The notes beneath the pieces are model-generated. The model was given only the letters and a program-made list of their open reading frames with translations. It did no database searches and was not told the DNA's origin. A DNA stretch of 46,843 bases, taken from the NCBI GenBank assembly GCA_009602735.1, contig WELA01000730.1, positions 151,583-198,425 on the forward strand, given 5' to 3'. Every line of letters starts with the position of its first letter. Within the stretch, counting starts at the first letter, position 1. The DNA is from Mesotaenium endlicherianum (Eukaryota). A program made the position numbers and the translations under genes. Of this stretch, positions 32,887 through 43,202 are shown piece after piece.

Positions 32887-34268
32887 ATGGTAAGGACAAG
32901 GTCTCAAACTAGCAACTCCCGAGACATGGAGAACCAGGATAACGAGAATGTCGAAAACCAGGCGAAAAGCCATGTAGCGGGAACCCGCACCTATTCTGAA
33001 GTAGTGGCAGATACTGCAGCTAGAAAGGCTGCAGATGTGGCAGCTGCTATTGCCGCAGTCGCAGCACAGCAAGCTGAGCAAGAGAGAGCCGGATTAGAGG
33101 CTGAACAATTAGCAAAGGCTGCTGAAGATACAGAAAGGAGGGAAGGACAGCCAGCTGACGAGCGCACGGTTGAAGAACTTATGGCATCCAGGGCCAATGT
33201 TCTTAACCCACCTCCTGCTGTACAACTCAATGTACCCCTAGGTCAAATACGTGACCGGCTGAATGCGGCAGGAATTGCTGCTGCAGGAGCGAGAGGGACT
33301 GTTGAGGACACTACTCAGCGAGTGGATGCCACTGCTGCTGCTGCATTTGCTAGACTTCCACCCCAGAGTGTAGACTTGGGAGCATTGTTCGTTCAAATGC
33401 AGTCGCAAATGGCGACCATGTATCAGTCCCAACAGGAGGACAAAAGAATCATAATGTCTCTACTGCGGGACAGAGACCAACTGGGTTCTCAAAGCACTGG
33501 TGGTGGTGGAAGAGGGCCTAGTAAGCCTAAGCCGAAACCTCCCCAGGACTATGATCCTGAGCGAAACAAGAAATATTTCCTGATCAATTTTCTCGTTGAT
33601 GTTGAGCAGTGGCTGGAGAACTATCCAAAGCTGCAAGATTACGCGAAGGTCAGGCACACCGGTGCGCTACTGAAAGGCAGTGCCGCAGACTGGTGGCAAT
33701 ACTAGAAAGGAGAGCGTAACGCTCAGAAACTCGGTGACCCTACGTGGGTAGTGTTTGTCGAGAAGTTGCATGAGAAGTTTGATGTCATCAACCAGCAGGA
33801 GAAAGCTATCTATGCAATGATCTCCTTGACACTGAAGCAGACCACTTCAGTTGCTGAGTTTGCTCAAAAGTTCCAAGAGAACATGATGAAACAGCTAGAC
33901 TTGCCAGAACGGTACAGGATAGCATACTTCAGGTATGGCTTGAAATACGAGGTCTCTGGTCATTTTGCTGAGAAGACGTATGAGAAATATGCTGACTTGA
34001 TCCAAGATGCTGATGCTTGGGATCAGCAGCAATTCAATTACAAGCGCCAGAGTAATGCTTTGGTATCTAAGGTTGTCAAAAAGCCCCACGGTTCCTACAA
34101 TGCAATTGAAGGAGACCAGGCTGAGGATGATCAGGGTGATGAATATGGGTATGAGTACAATGCTATGCAGTCTAGAGGGAGAGGTGGTTTCTCTCGAGGC
34201 GGCTATGGAAGAGGTGGTGGTAGGACTAAGCCGAGACCAGCCTCATCAAAATCAATTTGCTTCCATTG
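32887..34268 (+). pseudogene. gag: Family C gag with a premature TAG at 33703-33705, cut in the zinc knuckle by the next insertion
   Basis: Near-identical to gag at 40831-42309; ends ICFHC at the LTR junction. Confidence 0.92.
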
Positions 34269-34988
34269 TGAAATGAATCGACTTACCAAATAGGCGATTA
34301 ACAACTGATAAAGATCTTTATATCAGCAAGTAATCTTTATGGTATTTCCGTTAACTAGTTAAACGGCAAAGGACAAATCACTAGCAAGGAATAATACTCG
34401 TAAGTCAAATGCGAGTAAACTAGCATCAATGATGCAAGTCAGCAAAACTCATACATAAGCAAGGTTAGAAGACAGTGCGTATCAATGGCTTCTCGCCTTG
34501 GATTCAGAGTTCTCTCAGTAAGCTGTACAAGAGAGTTGGCCTCGTTTCCGAATGCCGAACTCGAGAGCAATGCCTAGCATATGTACATGGAATGAGTTTA
34601 CTGTTCAACGGTCAGTGCGATGGCACCGCCTACCCGGGAGTTAACCACGTTGGTAGGACCTCGGTTAACCAAATCCACCGCCATCTCCCATCATCCCGAA
34701 TAGCCATCCATCATAGGGATGTCATCTGGCTATTCATCTAGCATATCGCACTTAGATGCATATCAAGGCAGTTCGCTGCTACCGAGTACGGAAGTCAGCT
34801 GGCTGTCAAAGAATGGGTCAGCAAGCTGACTTATATGGACTTCAGCCTGCTGCTTTCGGCTGAGTCATTAAACTGATAATTATGTAAAGTCCAGCAGACT
34901 GACTATTAACTAAAGTTCAGCAGGCTGAACTTAATTAACTATTATATTTAAATGAATATTATATCCACTAATATACTGATTCATTACA
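34269..34988 (-). repeat. Family C 3' LTR (720 bp)
   Basis: Reverse complement of 32134-32852; PPT AAGTTGGAGGGAT adjacent at ~34989-35001. Confidence 0.95.
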
Positions 34989-35101
34989 ATCCCTCCAACT
35001 TAACTTGTTGTCGCCTCGACAACATTAAACTGCAGAAATTTTAAATAAGGGAACTGAACCTGACCAGCCTCCCTTACTGACTGCCTCTTCAGCGTGTCAC
35101 C

Positions 35102-36778
35102 TTAAGGGGTTGTTCCTGGGGCTTCAGAATCAGGAGACGGAGATCTGGACCTAGATCTGGACAGCCCTCTAGGTCTGTCAGCTGGCCTTCTAAAGAACCC
35201 TGTTTGCTCTAAAGTTGGCCCTCGAGGAGAACGGAGGATGGTGGCCTGCTCTTCAACCACTTGGGTGTTGATTCCCACATAGACAGGCATTCCAGTAGGA
35301 TGCTGAAATACATTGGCTAGAGGTACATGCCCCTGAGCGGAGGGGGAGGCTGGCATACCTCTGGCCCACCCGCGTGTCCCTCTTCTGGCACCCCTGTCCT
35401 CTGGGGATTTCTGTCTGTGTCTGCTGCCCAGTACAGTCAGATCAGCTTCTTCCCCTGCTTGGGCAGGTGGGCTGGGGGAGCGAGCGCGGGGTCCAGTTGT
35501 CGCCATAACGGGGATCACATTCCACACACCTGATCGTGGTTCTTTAGGAAGTGCCACTGCCTGTCCCTGGGTATCCTGAGTACCTGCTGCTGATGCTTCT
35601 CCTCTGCCTTGTTCTTCTTCCTCATCCTCCTCATCCTCCTCCTCGGAGAGAGTAGGGGTCTCGTCCACTAAGTCGTCCTGCTCCCTAGTAGACATGGAGT
35701 AGTCTACCGACCTCCCTTTCTTAGGGCGCGCTGGAGGTTGCTTGGCCTTCAGCCTACTGATATCTATCCGGCCTGCATTCTTTGCCCATTTGACAAAGGC
35801 ATGCTTTCCCTTAGAGAAGTACTCTCTTCCCCTCCTCCTATGTTCCTTGGTCTCTGCATTCATATTGCTCAGGCATCCATTCAGCCTGGGGTCCCAAGGG
35901 GCAATGTGAGGTGGTAGGATGAGATAGCCGTCTAGGCCATAGTGGAAGTCATCCGGTTGGGCTCGGTCACACTCCTGCTTCTTATTTGTGACGGTCATCC
36001 ACCTCCAGTCTGTTGGCTGCTGGTAGTACTGGGGTCCGTGCTCAGCCTTCCTCAGTTTACACGGGAACCAGTGGGGAGAGAACATCTGCTGTCCTGCTTC
36101 CCTGGCCAAGTACTCCCAGCTCCTTCTCTCAACTTCATTGTAAGCTGGCAGGAGTGTGAGGTAGAATACCGTATCCTTAAAGCTATCGGGCCGCATGCTC
36201 ACCATCCGGATGAGTCTCTGATCTCCCACTATTCCCGGTATGGGGACCGGCTTGTCCTCTGAATCATCTGCGAGATACCGGGCCTGCTCTGCTGTATAGC
36301 CCACCATCTTAGCATAATCTTCGTAAAGGACCACGCCGGTGTGTGTCTCGATGTACCTGTCCAGTGCTGTAGCTCCTTCCTTCTGTAGCAGTGTTGTCTG
36401 TTCCAGCCTGTTGATCTCCTGGGCTGCCAGCAATGCTTCCTTCAGGTTATCGAAGTTTTGGCCACCCACCACAGTATACCTGTAAGTGGCCAAGCTCTTC
36501 TGTCTGTCCGCTTCAATCTTTTTTCTTTTCTCCTCTTCTGCCGCTGCCGCTTCTTCTTGCTGTTTCTTCTGTCTCTCCTCCTCAGCCTTCCTGAGGTTTT
36601 CCGCTTCCTGATCCTTCTTCCTCTGTGCCTCTTCTGCCGCCTCTTGTTGTTTGCGGACCCTTTCTTGTTCTCTCCTGGTGAGGGACGTCGCCGCCAGCTC
36701 CTTCTGGTATTGCTCCATTGTCCTCCTGGCTTCTTCTGCCTTGCGCTTTCTGTCCTCCTTTTGTGTGGTGGGCGCCAT
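35102..36778 (-). CDS. Extra sense ORF (~558 aa from MAPTTQ) between pol and the 3' LTR; function unknown
   Basis: Long intact ORF in both tandem copies; charged coiled-coil N-terminus, aromatic-rich core, acidic and RS-rich tail; ATG at 36778 follows a TGCAG acceptor. Confidence 0.85.
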   Translation of the reverse strand: MAPTTQKEDRKRKAEEARRTMEQYQKELAATSLTRREQERVRKQQEAAEEAQRKKDQEAENLRKAEEERQKKQQEEAAAAEEEKRKKIEADRQKSLATYRYTVVGGQNFDNLKEALLAAQEINRLEQTTLLQKEGATALDRYIETHTGVVLYEDYAKMVGYTAEQARYLADDSEDKPVPIPGIVGDQRLIRMVSMRPDSFKDTVFYLTLLPAYNEVERRSWEYLAREAGQQMFSPHWFPCKLRKAEHGPQYYQQPTDWRWMTVTNKKQECDRAQPDDFHYGLDGYLILPPHIAPWDPRLNGCLSNMNAETKEHRRRGREYFSKGKHAFVKWAKNAGRIDISRLKAKQPPARPKKGRSVDYSMSTREQDDLVDETPTLSEEEDEEDEEEEQGRGEASAAGTQDTQGQAVALPKEPRSGVWNVIPVMATTGPRARSPSPPAQAGEEADLTVLGSRHRQKSPEDRGARRGTRGWARGMPASPSAQGHVPLANVFQHPTGMPVYVGINTQVVEEQATILRSPRGPTLEQTGFFRRPADRPRGLSRSRSRSPSPDSEAPGTTP

Positions 36779-37045
36779 CCTGCACATGTAACCAGGGCAC
36801 AAGTTAGTAGGATATGGACCTTTGTCATAGGGATTGCAGGAAGTATGTTAGTATTTAGTATAGTGGCTTCGCTGCTGTTTACCTTACAGGATGATTGCTA
36901 AAAGTTGACGTAGTTGCGATGCGCTACACATAAACGTATGAGTGTGTTTTTATCGCTCTCGCTCACTAACTGTCATATATTTTCCCCTCCAACTTAAATG
37001 GAGACAGGACCGCCTGTCACCTTCCCGTGTCAACTGAAATGACAG

Positions 37046-40000
37046 TTATGGAGGGACTCCAGCGGCCCGAAGGTGGAACCGTGTCAACGCCCCTTTGGCA
37101 TTGGTCAAGTGGTCCTTAAACTCCCAAGTGTCCCCAGAGGCATCGTAACCCTTCCATCGAATGAGGTATTTCATGACATATTTAGACGATCGACGGACCG
37201 AGCGAGCGTCTAAAATCTCATCGACCTCATATTCCTCAGGGTCGCCGTCCCGGACAGCGGGGACCGGTCCCGGTTGGACAGGGAACCGACCTGTGAACAG
37301 TGTATCACCTTTGATGTACGGTTCCAGGAAGGAGACATTAAAGACCGGGTGCCCCTTGTATTCAGCTGACATGTTCAGTTTGTAAGCATTCTGACCGACA
37401 CGACGGACCACCGAATATGGACCGACCCAGACAGGGCCAAGCTTTTTCTTGACCACACCAGGGAGGTACAGGTGCTGAGAATGCAGTTTGACTAAATCCC
37501 CCTTGGAAAATGTCAGTTCCCGACGGTGTTGATTAGCGTATTTTTGTTGGTTTTCTTGGGCCGTGTGCAAGTTTCGTTGGACTTCTGACAGGGTGTCAGC
37601 AAACTCCTGAGTTAACTGGAGGGAGACCGGGTTGTCAATCCCTTCAGGGTGAGTTAAAGATTCCCCTAGCACATCTAGAGGAGACTTAGGGACTCTACCC
37701 AGGCTGAGTTCAAAAGGAGTTTTGCCCGTTGACGCGTGCACCGCACTGTTGACCGCAAACTGAATTTGAGGCAACAGGTCATCCCAATTATCTTGTTTTT
37801 GGTTAATATATGCTCTCAGCACCTCCTGCAGAACTCGGTTAGTTCTTTCAGTCTGCCCATCAGTCTGAGGGTGGTTTGCTGTGCTGAGCAGCTGTTTGAC
37901 TCCCATTAACCCCATTAAAGCTCTCCAGAACTTAGAGGTGAATTTTGAGTCTCTGTCTGAGATGATATTAGAAGGGAGCCCATGTTGGCATACTACATGG
38001 TTGTAAAACTGTCTCGCTGTTTCGAGTGCAGTCACTTTGACAGTTGTGGGGATAAAAATGACCATTTTTGTCAGTTTATCCACGACTACCAGTATTGAAT
38101 CATGCCCGTTGGCAGTTCTTGGTAGTGAGACCACCCAGTCCATGGATATAGTTTCCCAGCGTCCCGCTGGGATGGGTAGCGGTTGCAAGAGACCTCCGGG
38201 TGGTGTGTGCCGAGACTTATTTCTCTGACACTGGTCACAGGACTTGACATATTTCAAGACCTCCCGGGGTAACCCCTCCCAATGATAATGTTTTGCCAGT
38301 TTGCCAACAGTTTTGGCCTGCCCCAAATGTCCACCCAGGAGACTGTCATGAGCTTGACTCAGTAAGAGAGACCTTATTTCCAAGTTATTAGGAATGACCA
38401 GCTTCAGCCTGCCTGAAGTGGTTTCAGTCACCCAGACCCCTCCCTTGAGCTTATACCCGAGTGCAGTAGCACGACACACACCAGTAGTGGGGCTGGGCTC
38501 AAATGTTGGGTCAGAAAGGTAGGCTTTCCTAAGTTGTTCAAGGAAGGACTTTTTCACCTTTAGTGAAGTGAGTGCACACAGGACTTTATCTACAGCATGC
38601 TGACTAAAGTTCCTTTCTTGCAAGTCAGGTCTTCTAGAGAGTGCATCAGCAGGATTCAACTTCCCTGGTTTGTAGTCGATCTGGACTTGGAACTGCTCCA
38701 GCATCTGGCTCCAGCGGTTCTCCCTCCTCGACAGCTTGGACTTCTTCTGAAAGTGGGTCAGAGCTAGATGATCTGTAATCACCTTAAAAGCTTTACCATG
38801 TAAGTATGCTCTCCACTGTTTGAGTACATGAATGATAGCTAGCAGCTCTTTATCATGCACTGAGTAATTAATCTCCGCTGGATTAAATTTCATAGACTCA
38901 TACAACACAGGATGCCACTCCTGCCGTACCTTACCATCCTTTGTGGTTTTGTCAGCAGGCTGCAACAAAATAGCACCCATGGCAAAATCAGAGGCATCAG
39001 TAACCACCTGCACCGGTTTGCTGGGGTCATACACGGCTAGCACTGGGGCAGAACAAAGGGCATCTTTAAGGGTCTGGAAGGCAGCCTGCTGCTCTTCCCC
39101 CCACACATACCCGATGTCTTTCTTAGTAAGGTCAGTCAGTTTACTGGCCTTTGTGGAATAATTCTCAATAAATCTCCTATAGTAGTTAGCCAACCCGAGG
39201 AAGGATCTAACTTCAGAGACAGACTGTGGTACTGGCCAGTCCCTTATGGTCTGGACTTTCTTAGGATCCACACTGATGCCCTCTTTACTGACAACGTGGC
39301 CTAAGAATTCAATACTTTCCTTAAAGAAATCACACTTGCTCATTTTAGCATACAAGTGATTTTTCCGCAGAGTGTCCAGCACTTTCTTTAAGTGTTCAGT
39401 GTGCTGAGCTTCATCTTTAGAGAAAATTAAAATATCATCCAGGAAAACTTGCACAAACTTATCCAAATAAGGTCTGAAAATGTCATTCATAGCACCCATA
39501 AAGGTAGCAGGAGCATTAGTCAGTCCAAATGGCATCACGTTGAACTCATAGTGTCCATAACGTGTGCGGAAAGCAGTCTTGTGTTCATCCCCCTCAGCAA
39601 TTCTGATTTGATGATAACCACTCTTGAGATCTATCTTACTGAACACCTTAGCGCCAGACAGGGTATCAAGCAAGTCCTCGATCCTGGGTAAAGCATACTT
39701 GTTCTTTACTGTAATTCTGTTCAGGGCTCTGTAATCCACACACATCCGCATACTGCCATCCTTTTTCTTAACAAATAGGATAGGTGCGCCGTACGGTGAT
39801 TTACTGGGAGAAATGTAACCATTTTCCTCCAGCTCTGCAATCTGTGTTTTCAACTCCTCGCTCTCCAAATAAGACAAGCCATAAGTGCGTTGCCAGGGTG
39901 GCTGGCTACCAGGTAATAGATCAATCCTATGATCTACTTCCCTTTTAGGGGGTAGTCCTGGAGGCATGTTAAACACATCAGTGTACTGAGCAACAATTTT

Positions 40001-40876
40001 TGCAGCAGTAGGGTGCTCCGGAGGGCTTACCTTTTTCTCAACCACTTCTTCAGGTTGAGGAGGTACCTCTCTTAGCAGCAGACAGAACATTCTGTCTTCC
40101 TTCTGGTTCCAGCTTTTGACGAACTCCATTGCATTCAGCAACTTGCATCCTTCTGGAAGCCTCTTCTTTTCCTTCATTTGCCATCCACACAGGACAAGAG
40201 GAAGAGCACTGGTGGGTGCCAAGTCAGTCTGCCCATCACTGGCTCCTCTCACTTTAACTGTACCTCTGCTCCAACACACTTCAGCTTGATGTCTATTAAG
40301 CCAGGACCTGCCTAGCACGAGATCATAAAAGCCAGTGTTGAGTACCTCAAATGTAAGCGTTTCAGTTAGAACTGCAATGCCAGAACCTAACTGGACCTCA
40401 ATAGGCTTGGTTATAACTCCTCCCGGGATACTTGAGGCATCTCCAAGGAATATTTTTCTATTCCCTTGGGTGACAGTAGGCAGCCTTAGCCGCTTAACTA
40501 AGTCCTTGTGAATAAAAGTATGTGACGCCCCTCCGTCAACAAATGCCCTCACCTTCCTACCTGCAATCATGCAATGCAGTAGGATAGGGGGGACTGTCTT
40601 TTCCTGACTTTCGCATTGTTCTCCTGACGTAGCAAAGAAATGTTGGACATCAGGTGGAACAAGAGCATCCAGAGTGTGCACTCTCTGGACGTCTATATTA
40701 CTGATGGTCTCCTTTATCTGTTTGTCAGGCATGCATAGTGAATCCAGTTCAGCAGGACCCATAATACCTGCTACGAGGGCAGCTAGTGACGACTCACTAT
40801 CTCTAGCATCCTCACAGTCAGTAGACTGGATTACTGACTGTTGCTGTCTTTTAAAGGCTGGTCTTTTCTCTCGACC
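37046..40876 (-). CDS. pol: Family C Pol polyprotein (PR-RT-RNase H-integrase-chromodomain); frame is open from 40876, first ATG at 40762
   Basis: [35 protein letters not shown] zinc finger, SMDWV, SDRD, GQTER, GPY; chromodomain YEVDEILD...YLIRWKGY...DTWE. Confidence 0.97.
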   Translation of the reverse strand, partial: GREKRPAFKRQQQSVIQSTDCEDARDSESSLAALVAGIMGPAELDSLCMPDKQIKETISNIDVQRVHTLDALVPPDVQHFFATSGEQCESQEKTVPPILLHCMIAGRKVRAFVDGGASHTFIHKDLVKRLRLPTVTQGNRKIFLGDASSIPGGVITKPIEVQLGSGIAVLTETLTFEVLNTGFYDLVLGRSWLNRHQAEVCWSRGTVKVRGASDGQTDLAPTSALPLVLCGWQMKEKKRLPEGCKLLNAMEFVKSWNQKEDRMFCLLLREVPPQPEEVVEKKVSPPEHPTAAKIVAQYTDVFNMPPGLPPKREVDHRIDLLPGSQPPWQRTYGLSYLESEELKTQIAELEENGYISPSKSPYGAPILFVKKKDGSMRMCVDYRALNRITVKNKYALPRIEDLLDTLSGAKVFSKIDLKSGYHQIRIAEGDEHKTAFRTRYGHYEFNVMPFGLTNAPATFMGAMNDIFRPYLDKFVQVFLDDILIFSKDEAQHTEHLKKVLDTLRKNHLYAKMSKCDFFKESIEFLGHVVSKEGISVDPKKVQTIRDWPVPQSVSEVRSFLGLANYYRRFIENYSTKASKLTDLTKKDIGYVWGEEQQAAFQTLKDALCSAPVLAVYDPSKPVQVVTDASDFAMGAILLQPADKTTKDGKVRQEWHPVLYESMKFNPAEINYSVHDKELLAIIHVLKQWRAYLHGKAFKVITDHLALTHFQKKSKLSRRENRWSQMLEQFQVQIDYKPGKLNPADALSRRPDLQERNFSQHAVDKVLCALTSLKVKKSFLEQLRKAYLSDPTFEPSPTTGVCRATALGYKLKGGVWVTETTSGRLKLVIPNNLEIRSLLLSQAHDSLLGGHLGQAKTVGKLAKHYHWEGLPREVLKYVKSCDQCQRNKSRHTPPGGLLQPLPIPAGRWETISMDWVVSLPRTANGHDSILVVVDKLTKMVIFIPTTVKVTALETARQFYNHVVCQHGLPSNIISDRDSKFTSKFWRALMGLMGVKQLLSTANHPQTDGQTERTNRVLQEVLRAYINQKQDNWDDLLPQIQFAVNSAVHASTGKTPFELSLGRVPKSPLDVLGESLTHPEGIDNPVSLQLTQEFADTLSEVQRNLHTAQENQQKYANQHRRELTFSKGDLVKLHSQHLYLPGVVKKKLGPVWVGPYSVVRRVGQNAYKLNMSAEYKGHPVFNVSFLEPYIKGDTLFTGRFPVQPGPVPAVRDGDPEEYEVDEILDARSVRRSSKYVMKYLIRWKGYDASGDTWEFKDHLTNAKGALTRFHLRAAGVPP
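40814..40855 (-). promoter_or_regulatory. -1 programmed ribosomal frameshift signal between gag and pol
   Basis: Slippery U_UUA_AAA (40855-40849), 7-nt spacer, perfect 10-bp stem ACAGUCAGUA/UACUGACUGU (40841-40814); pol is in the -1 frame. Confidence 0.8.
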
Positions 40877-42309
40877 TTAGGCAGGTGCTTGACCGGACAC
40901 TGTTCTCTGTAGTGGCCTTTCTGCTGACAATGGTAGCAAGTAGATTTTGCTGAGGCTGGTCTCGGCTTAGTCCTACCACCACCCCTTCCATAGCCACCTC
41001 GAGAGGGACCACCTCTACCTCTAGACTGAATAGCATTGTACTCATACTCATATTCATCACCCTGATTATCCTCAGCCTGGTCTCCTTCAACTGCATTGTA
41101 GGAACCGTGGGGCTTTTTGACAATCTTAGACACCAAAGCGTTACTCTGGCGCTTGTGATTGAACTGCTGCTGATCCCAGGCGTCAGCATCCTGGATCAAG
41201 TCAGCCAGTTTCTCATACTTTTTCTCAGCAAAATGACCAGAGACCTCGGATTTCAAGCCATACCTGAAGTATGCTATCCTATACCGTTCTGGCAAATCAG
41301 GCTGCTTCATCATGTTCTCTTGGAACTTTTGAGCAAACTCAGCAACTGAAGTGGTCTGCTTCAGTGTCAGGGAGATCATCGCATAGATAGCTTTCTCCTG
41401 CTGGTTGATGACATCAAACTTCTCATGCAACTTCTCGACAAACTCTACCCACGTAGGGTCACCGAGTTGCCGAGCCTTACGCTCTTCCTTCCAGTAAAGC
41501 CACCAGTCTGCGGCACTGCCTTTCAGTAGCGCACCGGTGTGCCTGACCTTCTCGTAATCTTGCAGTTCTGGGTAGTTCTCCAGCCACTGCTCAACATCCG
41601 CGAGAAACTTGATCAGGTAATATTTTCTGTTTCCCTCAGGATCATAGTCCTGGGGAGGTTTCGGCTTGGGCTTACTAGGCCCTCGGCCACCACCACTAGT
41701 GGTGTGAGACCCCAGTTGGTCTCTGTCCCGGAGTAGGGACATTATGATTCTTTTGTCCTCCTGCTGGGACTGATACATGGTCGCCATTTGCGACTGCATC
41801 TGAACGAACAATGCTCCCAAGTCTACATTTTGGGGTGGTAGATTAGCAAATGCAGCAGCAGCATTGGCATCTACTCGCTGAGTAGTGTCCTCAACAATCC
41901 CTCTTGCTCCTGCAGCAGCAATTCCTGCCGCATTCAGCCGGTCACGTATTTGACCTAGGGGTACATTGAGTTGTACGGCAGGAGGTGGGTTCAGAACATT
42001 GGCCCTTGATGCCATAAGTTCTTCAACAGTGCGCTCGTCAGCTGGCTGTCCTTCCCTCCTTTGTATATCTTCAGCGGCCTTTGCTACTTGTTCAGCTTCT
42101 AGTCTGGCTATCTCCTCCTCAGCTTGCTGAGCTGCGACTGAGGCAATAGCAGCTGCCTCATCTGCAGCCTCCCTAGCTGCAGTATCCGCTACTGCTTCCG
42201 AATAGGTACGGTTTCCCGCTACATGGCTTTCCGCCTGGTTTTCGACATTCTCGTTATCCTGGTTCTCCATGTCTCGGGAGTTGCTAGTTTGAGACCTTGT
42301 CCTTACCAT
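40831..42309 (-). CDS. gag: Family C Gag (492 aa)
   Basis: Retrotransposon capsid-like LKGSAADWW...FRYGLK, RGG box, [14 protein letters not shown] knuckle. Confidence 0.95.
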   Translation of the reverse strand: MVRTRSQTSNSRDMENQDNENVENQAESHVAGNRTYSEAVADTAAREAADEAAAIASVAAQQAEEEIARLEAEQVAKAAEDIQRREGQPADERTVEELMASRANVLNPPPAVQLNVPLGQIRDRLNAAGIAAAGARGIVEDTTQRVDANAAAAFANLPPQNVDLGALFVQMQSQMATMYQSQQEDKRIIMSLLRDRDQLGSHTTSGGGRGPSKPKPKPPQDYDPEGNRKYYLIKFLADVEQWLENYPELQDYEKVRHTGALLKGSAADWWLYWKEERKARQLGDPTWVEFVEKLHEKFDVINQQEKAIYAMISLTLKQTTSVAEFAQKFQENMMKQPDLPERYRIAYFRYGLKSEVSGHFAEKKYEKLADLIQDADAWDQQQFNHKRQSNALVSKIVKKPHGSYNAVEGDQAEDNQGDEYEYEYNAIQSRGRGGPSRGGYGRGGGRTKPRPASAKSTCYHCQQKGHYREQCPVKHLPKVERKDQPLKDSNSQ

Positions 42310-42330
42310 ACAAAGAAGACTGTGATAACT

Positions 42331-42342
42331 GCTCCGATACCA
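42331..42342 (-). other. Primer binding site (tRNA-iMet) of family C
   Basis: TGGTATCGGAGC on the minus strand. Confidence 0.92.
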
Positions 42343-42343
42343 C

Positions 42344-43089
42344 TGAAATGAATCGACTTACCAAATAGGCGATTAACAATTAATAAAGATCTTTATATCA
42401 GCAAGTAATCTTTATGGTATTTTCCGTTAACTGGTTAAACGGCAAAGGACAACACACTAGCAGTGAATAATACTCGTAAGTCAAATGCGAGTAAACTAGC
42501 ATCAATAATGCAAATCAGTAAACTCATACATAAGCAAGGTTAGAAGACAGTGCGTATCAATGGCTTCTCGCCTTGGATTCAGATCTCTCTCAGTAAGCTG
42601 TACAAGAGAGTTGGCCTCGTTTCCGAATGCCGAACTCGAGAGCAATGCCTAGCATATGTACATGGAATGAGTTTACTGTTCAACGGTCAGTGCGATGGCA
42701 CCGCCTACCCGGGAGTTAACCACGTTGGTAGGACCTCGGTTAACCAAATCCACCGCCATCTCCCATCATCCCGAATAGCCATCCATCATGGGGATGTCAT
42801 CTGGCCATTCATCTAGCAGGTGGTACTTAGATGCATATCAAGGCAGTTCGCTGCTACCGAGCACGGAAGTCAGCTGGCTGTCAAAGAATGTGTCAGCAAG
42901 CTGACTTAAGTTGACTTCAGCCTGCTGCTTTTGGCCGAGTCATTAAACTGATAATTATGTAAAGTCCAGCAGACTGATTATTAACTAAAGTTCAGCAGAC
43001 TGACTACTAACTAAAGTTCAGCAGGCTGAACTAAATTAACTATTATATTTAAATGAATATTATATCTACTAATATACTGATTCATTACA
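42344..43089 (-). repeat. Family C LTR shared by two tandem units (746 bp, with a ~26-bp internal duplication)
   Basis: PBS on one side and PPT (43090-43102) on the other; duplicated taactaaagttcagcag. Confidence 0.95.
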
Positions 43090-43202
43090 ATCCCTCCAAC
43101 TTAACTTGTTGTCGCCTCGACAACATTAAACTGCAAAAGCCTTAAATAAAGGAACTGACCCTGACCAGCCTCCCCTACTGACTGTCTTTTCAGCCTGTCA
43201 CC

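Larger units (their letters stand above)
34269..43089 (-). mobile_element. Full-length, apparently intact Ty3/Gypsy chromovirus family C (LTR-gag-pol-extra ORF-LTR, 8.8 kb)
   Basis: Both LTRs, PBS, PPT and three open ORFs. Confidence 0.95.

Noticed and set aside
39434..39448. RT active site FLDD instead of YxDD as a sign of inactivation
   Set aside because: FxDD is common in plant Ty3/Gypsy reverse transcriptases
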